The notes under the pieces are model-generated. The model was not told the DNA's origin, did no database searches, and saw nothing but the letters and a program-made list of their open reading frames with translations. The position numbers and the translations under genes were made by a program. A stretch of DNA of 64,000 nucleotides from an uncultured Prevotellaceae bacterium (GTDB lineage: Bacteria > Bacteroidota > Bacteroidia > Bacteroidales > Bacteroidaceae). This document shows positions 45,534 to 55,074 of this stretch, piece after piece (the first letter of the stretch is position 1; each line of letters opens with the position of its first letter). The stretch covers positions 4,176-68,175 of the forward strand of contig CACZIT010000008.1 of assembly GCA_902781315.1 (NCBI GenBank), written 5' to 3'.

Positions 45534-48500
45534 TGCTTCTTCGGTTGTTTGTTCAGTCGGTACACCACGTGCAGCAGGGCGTAGCGGGGCATGACGTTGG
45601 TCCAGGTCTCGGTGCGTCCCTGGGCATTGAGGGTCCGGGTGACGTTGCTGAGCTGGCCGAGCAGGTCGAAGCCATCGAACACGACGAGGAGCCGGCCCTT
45701 GAAGAAGGGGCGAGAGAGGCGTGCGTTCCACACCAGGTCGTTGGTGTTCAGCGCCTCGTCGGCATAGCCCGTGCGTGAGTAGAGGGTGAGGTCGGTCGAG
45801 AGGTCGAGCTTCCAGGGCAGCTTCAAGATGGCTGCCAGCGAGGTGCGGCAGGTGAAGGCGCTGAAGTCCTGGAAGTCCGGCCGATCGCTGCTGAGGCGTT
45901 CCCACACGGGTTGGCAGACGAAGTCGAAGTGGTGCTTGCCGATGTCGGCCTTGAACGAAGGCAACATCGAGATGGCGAGGCGCTGGACTTTAGAACGCTG
46001 GGGACCAGTCGGCATCGCGGCATCACTGGCCGTCGTACCCACGAGGTCGACGCTCTGGCTGTGGGTGACGTGGAAGGGGAGGTCGAGATTCAGTTTCTTG
46101 GTCGAATCGAGGGCGCAGTGGAAGGTGTAGCCGGCATCGGTGGTGTAGTTGCCGTTGACGTTCTCCGGACGGTAGGTGCGTGCACCCGTCCGGACGTCGT
46201 AGGTGCAGCCCATCGCAATGGCATTGAAAGTGCGCTTTTGGTGCCATTCCATGTAGTGATAGCCTCGCTTGAACCTATAGACGCCATTTACACCGAAGTC
46301 GGGCGTGACTGACGGATGCAGGCGGGTGTTGCCCAGCCGGATGTTCATCGGGTCAGTGTCGTCGCGCAGGTCGATGCGTTGCTCCAGTGCGGGCAGCACC
46401 TGACGAACGCCCATGGTCATCCCTATCTGGCCGTTCTTGAAGTCGAGGTAGGTGTTGTCGTCCATGGTGATACTGACGGCAGTGCGGCAGAGCGTGGTGT
46501 CGATGCTGCCGCGCTGGTAGTCGAGGTGCTGTTGGTGGAGGGTGATGTTGCCGTTGAGCAGCGTCCATATCTGGCCGTACCGAGCCTTGTTGAACTTATA
46601 GCCGAGGTTGATGTCGAGCCGGTGGCTGTTCTCGCGCATGCGACTGTCGAAAGTGTTGGTGCTGTCCATCACCTGCTGGTAGTCGGTCATGGAGGGCAGG
46701 TCGTCGATGGCTGCAGGTTCCTCGTTCAGGCGGTCGAGCAGGTAGAGCGACGAGCGGCGGTGGCGCCAGTTGTGGGTGAAGTAGTAGGTGGCGTGGATGG
46801 AGCGCCAGCCCTCGCCCAGCGGGATGTTGTAGCCTGCGGTGGCTTGGATGGTGCCGCTGCGGTCGGGGTGGTTGTCGGTGAAGTGGTGGAAGGAGGTGGA
46901 GGGGTGCTGTGATACAGCACCATACTCCACCGACTGGCGGCTGAAGAGGTGCTCGTCGCGGTCGCTGTAGCTGAAGGTGGCACCGAGGCGCAGGTTCTCG
47001 TTGGAGTGCGGAATCTTCACCGTGGCTCCGGTGTTGAACGTTCCCTCGAGGGCATGTCCACGGCCGAGGCCCTGCCGCAGAATGCGGTTGACGAGCGTGT
47101 CGCGCAGGTTGACGCGTGAGGCCGTGGGACTGAACAGCTCGTCGAGCAACCGTCGGCTGACGTCGGCTACGGGCGCGTTGAAGGTGGCTGAGGCAAAGTC
47201 AGAGCTGTGATTGAAGTGGTGGTATTGCAGGTTGGGACTGATGTGCCAGCGCACACTCTTGTGATTGCGGTAGAAGTCGTGATAGGAGCTCAGGCGCAGG
47301 TCCTCGTTGCGGCTGTTGCTGAAGCTATGGTCGTAGAGATCTCCCGATGGCAGGTAGTTTTGGCGCACGGTGCGCGTCTCGCCTTCCGTCCGCTGGTGGT
47401 TGACCGAGGCATCGCCGCGATACTCCCACCGCTTGTTGCGGTCGCTGACCCAGAAGCTGAGGTCGGCCCGCTCGGTGCGGCGCAGGGCGTCGCCGGCACG
47501 CTGCCAGTTGTCGCTTTCGCCTGGCTTGCTGTCGTCGTCGAGGTTGTTGGCGTTGGCAACGATGGCCAGTCGCGAGAAGTCGCTGTGGCGCATGGCGAAG
47601 AGACGGGCCAGGTAACGGTCGCCAGTGCCGGCTCCCACCTCGGCGTTGGCAATCCAGCCCACCATGTACTCCTTCTTCAGCCTGACGTCGATGACGTGGC
47701 GCTGGGTTTGCAGGTCCTTGATGCCGAGCCACTCGTTCTCGTCGGTCTGCTTGTCGTAGATGGCTATGTCCTTCACGGTGTAGGCAGGCAGGTTTTCGAG
47801 CATGAGCTTGCGGTCGTTGCTGAAGAACTGCTTGCCGTTGAGGAGCAGGTCGTCGACGAACTTGCCCTCGTGATAGATGCGGCCGTCGCGCTTCAGCTCA
47901 ACGCCTGGCAGCTGACTGATGAGGGCGTCGAGCATGGAGCCTTCGGCCAGGATGAAGGCATCGGCATTATAGATAATGGTGTCGCCCTTGTAGTAGAACT
48001 TCACACGGGAGGCCGTAACCGGCACTTCGGGCAGCATGGTTGAGACAGGAGCCAGATAGAGCGGAGGCAGCGACCGCTCGTGCTCGCGACGGCCTACGCG
48101 CTCCAGCTTGTAGTCGACGTAGGCCGTGCGGTGGCCCACGAAGCTGATGCGGAATATGTACTTGGCGGGCAGGGCGGGCACCGTGAAACTGAATTCGCTG
48201 GTCTCCCACTCGTATACCTTCCCATCTTCACCACTGCCCCACCAGTGATGCTTGGCTACAGCCTGCTGCAGCACTGTGCTGTCGGCATCGAGCAGCTCGA
48301 CGGTGGCACCGATGAGCGGCTTGTGGGCGCGGATGTCCTGCACCTCGCCATTCAGCTTCAACTTTCTGACCTCCCGCCGCTTGTCGTATTGCACGGTGAT
48401 TTTACGCCCGTGCACCTTCACCTTCACGGGCAGCCCACGGCAAAGCCGCTTCACGGCTTCGGGTGCCGGGAGTCCCTTCACATTGGCCGTAGTGCGCAGG

Positions 48501-48679
48501 TCGCCGAGACCATCAGAGAGGATGTCGATGGTGTATTCCTGTTGGCTGCGGCTGATGCTCTGCAGGGCTGGGAGCAGGGAGACAAACCTGTCCTGCTGAG
48601 CCAGCGACGCTGTCGGAAGCACGGTGTTCAGGGTCGTAATGAATAATAAAAATATAAAAAGGTGCGACTGCTTCTTCAT
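45530..48679 (-). CDS. Outer-membrane beta-barrel receptor with STN-like N-terminal domain (paralogue of the downstream gene)
   Basis: Start MKKQSH at 48679; KGDTIIYNADAFILAEGSMLDALI motif; C-terminal PRYALLHVVYRL. Confidence 0.85.
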   Translation of the reverse strand: MKKQSHLFIFLLFITTLNTVLPTASLAQQDRFVSLLPALQSISRSQQEYTIDILSDGLGDLRTTANVKGLPAPEAVKRLCRGLPVKVKVHGRKITVQYDKRREVRKLKLNGEVQDIRAHKPLIGATVELLDADSTVLQQAVAKHHWWGSGEDGKVYEWETSEFSFTVPALPAKYIFRISFVGHRTAYVDYKLERVGRREHERSLPPLYLAPVSTMLPEVPVTASRVKFYYKGDTIIYNADAFILAEGSMLDALISQLPGVELKRDGRIYHEGKFVDDLLLNGKQFFSNDRKLMLENLPAYTVKDIAIYDKQTDENEWLGIKDLQTQRHVIDVRLKKEYMVGWIANAEVGAGTGDRYLARLFAMRHSDFSRLAIVANANNLDDDSKPGESDNWQRAGDALRRTERADLSFWVSDRNKRWEYRGDASVNHQRTEGETRTVRQNYLPSGDLYDHSFSNSRNEDLRLSSYHDFYRNHKSVRWHISPNLQYHHFNHSSDFASATFNAPVADVSRRLLDELFSPTASRVNLRDTLVNRILRQGLGRGHALEGTFNTGATVKIPHSNENLRLGATFSYSDRDEHLFSRQSVEYGAVSQHPSTSFHHFTDNHPDRSGTIQATAGYNIPLGEGWRSIHATYYFTHNWRHRRSSLYLLDRLNEEPAAIDDLPSMTDYQQVMDSTNTFDSRMRENSHRLDINLGYKFNKARYGQIWTLLNGNITLHQQHLDYQRGSIDTTLCRTAVSITMDDNTYLDFKNGQIGMTMGVRQVLPALEQRIDLRDDTDPMNIRLGNTRLHPSVTPDFGVNGVYRFKRGYHYMEWHQKRTFNAIAMGCTYDVRTGARTYRPENVNGNYTTDAGYTFHCALDSTKKLNLDLPFHVTHSQSVDLVGTTASDAAMPTGPQRSKVQRLAISMLPSFKADIGKHHFDFVCQPVWERLSSDRPDFQDFSAFTCRTSLAAILKLPWKLDLSTDLTLYSRTGYADEALNTNDLVWNARLSRPFFKGRLLVVFDGFDLLGQLSNVTRTLNAQGRTETWTNVMPRYALLHVVYRLNKQPKKQ

Positions 48680-48702
48680 GTCTTCATCTCCTACAGGTAT
48701 GA

Positions 48703-49275
48703 TTATTCCTCGTCCGTCGACTCCTCCTCCACGACAATGGTATCGCTCTGCAAGCTCAGGCTCAGGCCGTCGAAGGCATTCAGGCGGTCGAGGAAGTCGG
48801 CAAGCGATGCGTCGGGTTGCCACGTCATGATGAGTTTCATGCCGCGCAGGTCAGCATTGCGGAAGCTGACGGCCTTGCCATAGTGAGCTGACACCACGGC
48901 GAGGATGCTGTCCAGCGGCACGTTGTCGAAGGCGACAGGCATCTCGTCATGCTGTGCGGGCGTTGCCACTTCCACGCTTTGCGCGTCTCGGCTCGTCTCG
49001 CCGCTTGGAGGGGTGTTGGGGGTGAGGCTCATCCATGCGGCAACCGCGATGCCGGCAAGGAAGAGGGAGCCGACAAAGATGGCCGCGATGCGCAGCCAGC
49101 GATGCGACGGTTTCACGGCCGGGCCCATGGTCTGCTCAAACCGCTCCCATGCTGCCTGGGCATCGAGGTCGCTGTCGAGGTCGTCCATCATGGCCTCCAA
49201 CTGCTCGTCGGAATAATTCTCAGGGTGTTCCTGCATGTCGAGAAACAGCCTCTTATGGTCATCAATAGGTATCAT
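48703..49275 (-). CDS. FecR-like anti-sigma factor (DUF4974-type C-terminus)
   Basis: One TM (WLRIAAIFVG); C-terminal FDNVPLDSIL..VSAHYG; directly after the ECF sigma. Confidence 0.8.
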   Translation of the reverse strand: MIPIDDHKRLFLDMQEHPENYSDEQLEAMMDDLDSDLDAQAAWERFEQTMGPAVKPSHRWLRIAAIFVGSLFLAGIAVAAWMSLTPNTPPSGETSRDAQSVEVATPAQHDEMPVAFDNVPLDSILAVVSAHYGKAVSFRNADLRGMKLIMTWQPDASLADFLDRLNAFDGLSLSLQSDTIVVEEESTDEE

Positions 49276-49802
49276 AGCGTTTTCGGATTAAAATGTTTCT
49301 TGATTTCGTTGAGTGCGTGCGACAGATGTTTCCACACGGCCACGCGGCTGATGCCTTCGGCCGAGGCTATCTCGCTGTAGCGGAGGCCGTGGGTAAAGCG
49401 CTGATTGAGGATGCGCTGCTCCTGCTCCGACAGATGGCTGGCGGCAAACGCCATGATCTCGGCTATCAGCGCGTCGTCGTCGTCAGCAGCATCGGCAGCG
49501 ACGGCAAGCTCAATGCCAGGGGTGCCGAGGGGCTGTCCGCCGCTGGCGATGCCCAGCCACGGTCTGCGTCTGAGCACCTTCAGGCAGCGGTTGCGGACGC
49601 TCGTCAGCAGGTAGCGCTCACAAGCCTCGTCTTGCCAGTCGGCGGTGCCGGCCGAGAGCGCCGTCCGTCCGCGCAGCAAGCTTTCGAAGATGTCGCTGAT
49701 CACATCCTCGCCAGCCTGCTCGTCGTATAGTATCGTACGGGCCACACGCTGCATCTTGCCATAGTGCTGCACGAACAGCCTCGCCAGTGTTTCTTGTTCC
49801 AT
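49272..49802 (-). CDS. ECF sigma factor
   Basis: LFVQHYGKM, YLLTSVRNRC, GLRYSEIASAEGISRVAVWKHL. ATG at 49802 preferred. Confidence 0.9.
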   Translation of the reverse strand: MEQETLARLFVQHYGKMQRVARTILYDEQAGEDVISDIFESLLRGRTALSAGTADWQDEACERYLLTSVRNRCLKVLRRRPWLGIASGGQPLGTPGIELAVAADAADDDDALIAEIMAFAASHLSEQEQRILNQRFTHGLRYSEIASAEGISRVAVWKHLSHALNEIKKHFNPKTL

Positions 49803-49804
49803 GT

Positions 49805-49844
49805 TCACTTTGTCACTCTGTCACTTTGTTACTTTGTTACTTTG
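49805..49844. repeat. Five octamers T(T/C)ACT(T/C)TG
   Basis: Directly upstream of the sigma start codon. Confidence 0.9.
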
Positions 49845-49962
49845 TTAATAACCCAACAGACACAGAAAATGCTAACCCATAAAAGGCTTTTTCTTTGCAA
49901 AAATACAAAAAAGGAATAACATATTTGGCAGTCTTGTTATTTTTATATAGTTTTGCAACAGA

Positions 49963-51054
49963 ATGAAGAAATATCTTACCTATCTGACGAACAAAGAGAA
50001 GCGGACAGCATGGCTGCGAGCATTCCGCATGTGGCAGCGCCGCCCCTACGAGGTGGCACCGCTGAAGAACGAGAGCCACGTGTGCTCGTCGTGCAAGACG
50101 GAGTTCACGGGCAACTACTGCCCACGCTGCGGACAAGCGGCCGAGGTAGGGCGTTTCTCATTCAAGAAGACGCTGATGCTGTTTCTCGACGTTTGGGCCA
50201 TCGGCAACCGCAGCATGTTGCGAACCCTGCGCGACCTGATGCTGCGCCCGGGCTACATGATCCGTGACTATCTGAGCGGCATGCGCTCCGCCTACTTCCC
50301 ACCGTTCAAGATGTTCTTCCTGCTGGCAGCATTCTCGCTGATTGTTGAGTACGGCTTCGATCTGGGCCTTTCAGACGATAAAAAGACCACCCCCACCGAG
50401 CAGACGACAGCAGTGCCGGCCGACTCACTAAAAGAGAGCACAGCCCCCACCGAACAGACGACGGCAGTGCCGGCTGATTCGCTGAAAGAGAGCACAGCCA
50501 AAGCCGGACAGACGGCGGCTGTGCCGGCAGACTCGCTGCAGAAGGACTCTGTCCGGCAGTCGTCAAAGGCTGAAAGGGTGGCAGACAAATTATTGGAGGT
50601 AGGGGAAAAGTTCAAGGAGGCGTCAAAGGACAGCAAGAAGATGGACACGCCGATAGTAAACGCTTTAGTGTACACTATCAAAGCACTAAACAAACTCTGG
50701 GAGAAGAACCCCGCCGTCTTCGCCTTGCTGACGTTGATGCTGTTATCGCTGCCAATGTACCTTTTCCTGCGCCATTCACCGAACGTCCCCGACCTGCGCT
50801 ATTCAGAGTTCGTCGTGGTGCTGGTCTACACCGCGAATGTCTACAGCATTTACTCCATCATCGGCGACCTGCTGGGGTCTGTCGTCATCCAACTATTCGC
50901 GGTGTTCATGATCATCGTGACGCTGAACCAGTTCTCCGGCTATTCCAAGAAGCGCCTGCTAGGCTATATCACGCTGACGCAAATCATCGTCACCACCGTG
51001 TTTATCGCACTGATCGCACTGGTGATCTACCTGCTGTACCTTTCTCTGGAATAA
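49963..51054 (+). CDS. DUF3667-like membrane protein with N-terminal Zn ribbon
   Basis: CSSCKTEFTGNYCPRCGQ, PGYMIRDYLSG, several TM helices; internal 54-bp triplication 50392-50544. Confidence 0.85.
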   Translation: MKKYLTYLTNKEKRTAWLRAFRMWQRRPYEVAPLKNESHVCSSCKTEFTGNYCPRCGQAAEVGRFSFKKTLMLFLDVWAIGNRSMLRTLRDLMLRPGYMIRDYLSGMRSAYFPPFKMFFLLAAFSLIVEYGFDLGLSDDKKTTPTEQTTAVPADSLKESTAPTEQTTAVPADSLKESTAKAGQTAAVPADSLQKDSVRQSSKAERVADKLLEVGEKFKEASKDSKKMDTPIVNALVYTIKALNKLWEKNPAVFALLTLMLLSLPMYLFLRHSPNVPDLRYSEFVVVLVYTANVYSIYSIIGDLLGSVVIQLFAVFMIIVTLNQFSGYSKKRLLGYITLTQIIVTTVFIALIALVIYLLYLSLE

Positions 51055-51267
51055 AGACGATGGCAAATAAGATGACAATACAAGCATCTTATCCCCACAA
51101 CGCATAGACTTCATAAAGTAAAACATGTTTTACTTCATCACCCCTACGCTTTCGAACCAAAAGGCCATAGCTGGTGATGAACAAGAACAACCATTTCAAA
51201 TCTTTTATTCCGCAATACTGCTCATAATTTTTTCCACCTAAAACTTGGTATTTTAAACAATTCTTTG

Positions 51268-51606
51268 TATCTTTGCAACGTTCTCTGACCGAAGCCTGCC
51301 CGCAGGGGTGGGAAGACAGGAAGGGGAATCTATATATAGAAATAAGCGTTTACTTGACGCTTTGTGCTTGACATTCCGAAATCTGGCAGTTTCGATATGT
51401 CTGTCAAAAACAAAGCAACGGTAGATGCTCATGGGTGTGTAATATCCATTTGCAAGTTACGACGGCTATCTGTAGCATTTGTTGTAACCGATAGTGTATA
51501 TCTACATATCGGCGTGGGCTTCGGCGTTGCTCGTTCAGACAGACAGGGCGATGCCAGAGCCTCGGAGTGTGGGACGAGTAACAGGTAAGACTCCCACGCT
51601 TTTTTT
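51268..51606 (+). promoter_or_regulatory. Promoter plus long leader with a 63-codon uORF ending inside an intrinsic terminator
   Basis: TATCTTTG at 51268; uORF 51397-51588; stem AGTGTGGGA/TCCCACGCT plus T7 at 51566-51606. Confidence 0.6.
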
Positions 51607-51673
51607 GTATATATGCACGAACATCATTACCAACCATCCAGAAGAGGGAGTCGCTGGGAGTATATAATGTGAT

Positions 51674-52561
51674 ATGGATTATCTGTTTTCTGATTTGGAA
51701 GGCCATGATGATAATACTCTATATATTATCGGAAATGGTTTTGATTGTTATCATGGTATTCATTCATCCTATCTCGATTTTTACTATTGGTTGAGATACT
51801 GTCATAAAGACACCTTTATCGACACTCTTGAAATGTTATTTCCAGAAAAATATGGGGAAAGAAACCTTCTATGGAAAGATTTTGAAATGGCATTGGAAAC
51901 ATATAACATAGATAAACTCTTCAGTGATACAACTAAGAGTTTTGACATCGGATGGGATCAAAGGGCTGCAACAGCTCCAATAGACCTAATTCATCCGATT
52001 ATTACCGATATTCCTTTAAAAATTAAACAATGGGCAAAATCTTTCCATATCGAAAATGTAAAAGCAAAATTGCCCTTGCCTGCAAACAGCTTATATCTGA
52101 CATTCAATTACACAGATACATTAGAAATTGTTTACAAAATTCCTTCTGATAGAATTTGTCATATTCATGGCCGTTGCAATGCTGATGATGAGATTGTTGT
52201 GGTTGGTCATCATAAAATGGTTCCAATTAATCAGATAGAGAACAAAGATTATCCCTTTTTAGAAGAACAAGGTAAAAAAAATATTGTCAAGGAAATGAAT
52301 TCTTTATATAAAGATTGCCATGCAAATATTGATAAAAATAAAAGATTCTTTTCTTCATTAAGAAATGTTGATCGAGTTGTAATTTTAGGGCATTCGATGT
52401 CGGATATTGATCTTCCATATCTTGGGAGAATTAGAGACAAGATTTCCAAAGATGCACATTGGTTTATTTCAAAACACCATCCTACTGACGAGGTTTCTAT
52501 AAAAAGAGGAGTAGAAGAGTTAGATATTAAAGAGTGTAATAGATGGATAATTAACTTATAA
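51674..52561 (+). CDS. AbiH-family (SIR2-like) abortive-infection protein
   Basis: LYIIGNGFD..HG, LTFNYT, HIHG, ILGHSM...D.PY; low GC. Confidence 0.82.
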   Translation: MDYLFSDLEGHDDNTLYIIGNGFDCYHGIHSSYLDFYYWLRYCHKDTFIDTLEMLFPEKYGERNLLWKDFEMALETYNIDKLFSDTTKSFDIGWDQRAATAPIDLIHPIITDIPLKIKQWAKSFHIENVKAKLPLPANSLYLTFNYTDTLEIVYKIPSDRICHIHGRCNADDEIVVVGHHKMVPINQIENKDYPFLEEQGKKNIVKEMNSLYKDCHANIDKNKRFFSSLRNVDRVVILGHSMSDIDLPYLGRIRDKISKDAHWFISKHHPTDEVSIKRGVEELDIKECNRWIINL

Positions 52562-52563
52562 AA

Positions 52564-55074
52564 ATGAATAATATGAAAAATGTAAAAAAAGTATTTCTTT
52601 TGGCATTATTATGCCTACAGACACTACAATGTGCTTATGCTTATGATTTCATAGTAGATGGTATCGCATATGATATTACTTCTATGGAGAAACAAACGGT
52701 TGGTGTTACTAACGTTTCAGACAAAGAAGAAGACAGATATTCTGGAAATATAATCATTCCTGAAACCATAATTTACAACGGATCTAAGTATACCGTTAGT
52801 TCAATTGGGAAAAAAAGCTTTTACATGTGTACCAATTTAATATCAATACAACTTCCTGAGACGATAGAGTTTTTTGAAGATGGCGAGATTGTAAACGCAA
52901 TGTCGATCACAAGTGGGTGTTTTATGGGATGCAAAGAATTAAAAAGCATTAAGTTTCCAAGTTCTCTTAAGAAGATTGGAGCATTTGCTTTTAATGGCTG
53001 CTCAAGTATAGAAAACATTAACATACCTGACTGTGTTACTGAAATAGGCCGTAATTCTTTTTCTCATTGCCAGAATTTAAAGTCAGTTACTCTTTCCCCA
53101 AAAATTAAAACTATAGAAAGGGCTACGTTTGATAATTGTCGTTCATTGGAAACTATAACAATTCCAGAAGGGGTAACTTCTATAGAATGGGGTGCATTTA
53201 ATTGTTGTGAAAAAATGAAAACTATAAAGTTTCCACAGACATTATTTTCAATAGGAAAATCTGCTTTCTATCAATGTCTTGGCTTGGAATCATTAGAGTT
53301 TCCTAGTAGTTTGACCTCTATTGGTGAGGAAGCATTTGTATGGTGTAAAAGTTTGAAGCAAATTGTAATACCAGATCATGTGACATCAATCGGATATGGG
53401 GCGTTTGCAGCATGTGAAGGAATAATATCTGTAAAACTCCCTGCACTTTTAACAAAGATCGATTTCCATTTGTTCGCAGGTTGTTCAAATATTGTTTCTA
53501 TTGATATTCCCTATGGGGTTACATCGATTGGATCAGAAGCATTTAAAGGGTGTTCTGCTTTGGCAAAAGTTTCTATGCCGAACAGCATTGTAACAATAGG
53601 AGACAATTCCTTCGATGGTTGCAAATCGCTTACACGCATTGATTTCCCGAACCAATTAAAGACAATAGGATCTTACTCTTTTAAGGGCTGTTCTGGCATA
53701 ACAAATATTAGTATTCCTTCAAGCGTAAACACTATCGAAAGTGGTGCCTTTTCGTTTTGTACAAATCTTCAAGAATGCAATCTTTCTCCAAATATTGAAG
53801 AAATAAAGAATTCAGTTTTTTTTAAATGTAGTAATTTAACGAGTATCATAATTCCCAGAAAAGTAAAAACTATAGATGACAATGCATTTTCTGGTTGCAC
53901 CCAGTTGACAAACGTGTCTTTTTCTGACAGCATTACGTCAATAGGTGCATCTGCTTTTAAGGACTGCACAAGAATGCAATCTCTTAATATTCCGAAGAGT
54001 GTTGAATCCATAGGCAATTACGCTTTTTCCGGCTGCAAGAATCTTTATGATTGTATTATTCCTGATGGGGTATTCTCATTAGGCGAAGCAGCTTTTTATG
54101 AATGTCACAGATTAGAAAAAGTTACAATTGGCAGAAACGTTGCTAGTATTCGTCCTAAAACATTTGACAGGTGTTATGATCTTATAGAAATTATTTCGAG
54201 AATCGAAGAACCTGTACATATGGTTTCAGATGCTTTTTATAGTGATACTTATCTGTACGCACAATTAACTATCCCATATGGAACAAAAAACAAATACCTC
54301 TCTTGTGATGGTTGGAAAGATTTTGTCAACATAAAAGAACAGGAAAAGAAGGGGGAAGATTTGTTACTGACAATAAGTAGCAATGTGGGAGGTTATGTAG
54401 TTATAGGGGAAGTAACCATAAAAGAAGAAAAGAAAGAAATAAAAGTCGATAAGAATCAGAGCATTACTATCACCATTTTTACAGACAACGATTATTCTAT
54501 CAAGTCAGTCACTCTGAACGGAAAGGAAGTAAAGGACGATTTGTACAACAATACCTATACAATCGCTCAAATTAAGGAAGATATTGACTTTAGAGTAGAA
54601 TTTGCTAAGGTAGCAACCTTCCTGAGCCTCAAACAGCCGACTGGAAGTATGGATATTGTTGTCAAGGAAGGAGAGTCACAAACAATTCGGCTTGTTCCCG
54701 AAAGTGGATACGCGATACATAGTGTTACTTACAACGGCAAAGACGTGACCAACCAATTAGCTGAAGATAATACTTTCGTTACCCCTGAAATTACTGATAA
54801 TTCGGTACTATATGTAATTTATGAGAATGGAGACAATCCGCCTGTGAGTCATGCAAAATACCTCACCATCAAACATTCGGAGAATGGTGTTGTGAAGCAG
54901 AAAATCACTTTGGGACGCTCTTACACCTATAAAATTTCGCCCGTTAGTGGTCAAAAACTGACAGCCTTATATTTCAATGGAGTGGATGTTTCCTCAGAAA
55001 TCAAAGGTGGAAAATACACCACACCTGTACTGAACGATAACGCTACTTTAGAAGTTGAATTTGAAGCCGAATGA
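52564..55074 (+). CDS. BspA-type leucine-rich-repeat surface protein
   Basis: About 18 IPxxVTxIGxxAFxxCxxL repeats, signal peptide, C-terminal bacterial repeat domains; low GC. Confidence 0.9.
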   Translation: MNNMKNVKKVFLLALLCLQTLQCAYAYDFIVDGIAYDITSMEKQTVGVTNVSDKEEDRYSGNIIIPETIIYNGSKYTVSSIGKKSFYMCTNLISIQLPETIEFFEDGEIVNAMSITSGCFMGCKELKSIKFPSSLKKIGAFAFNGCSSIENINIPDCVTEIGRNSFSHCQNLKSVTLSPKIKTIERATFDNCRSLETITIPEGVTSIEWGAFNCCEKMKTIKFPQTLFSIGKSAFYQCLGLESLEFPSSLTSIGEEAFVWCKSLKQIVIPDHVTSIGYGAFAACEGIISVKLPALLTKIDFHLFAGCSNIVSIDIPYGVTSIGSEAFKGCSALAKVSMPNSIVTIGDNSFDGCKSLTRIDFPNQLKTIGSYSFKGCSGITNISIPSSVNTIESGAFSFCTNLQECNLSPNIEEIKNSVFFKCSNLTSIIIPRKVKTIDDNAFSGCTQLTNVSFSDSITSIGASAFKDCTRMQSLNIPKSVESIGNYAFSGCKNLYDCIIPDGVFSLGEAAFYECHRLEKVTIGRNVASIRPKTFDRCYDLIEIISRIEEPVHMVSDAFYSDTYLYAQLTIPYGTKNKYLSCDGWKDFVNIKEQEKKGEDLLLTISSNVGGYVVIGEVTIKEEKKEIKVDKNQSITITIFTDNDYSIKSVTLNGKEVKDDLYNNTYTIAQIKEDIDFRVEFAKVATFLSLKQPTGSMDIVVKEGESQTIRLVPESGYAIHSVTYNGKDVTNQLAEDNTFVTPEITDNSVLYVIYENGDNPPVSHAKYLTIKHSENGVVKQKITLGRSYTYKISPVSGQKLTALYFNGVDVSSEIKGGKYTTPVLNDNATLEVEFEAE

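Noticed and set aside
42285-48823. ORF-track starts at 45905 and 48823
   Set aside because: The extensions overlap the upstream genes; signal peptides and the ATGA overlap support 45533 and 48679.
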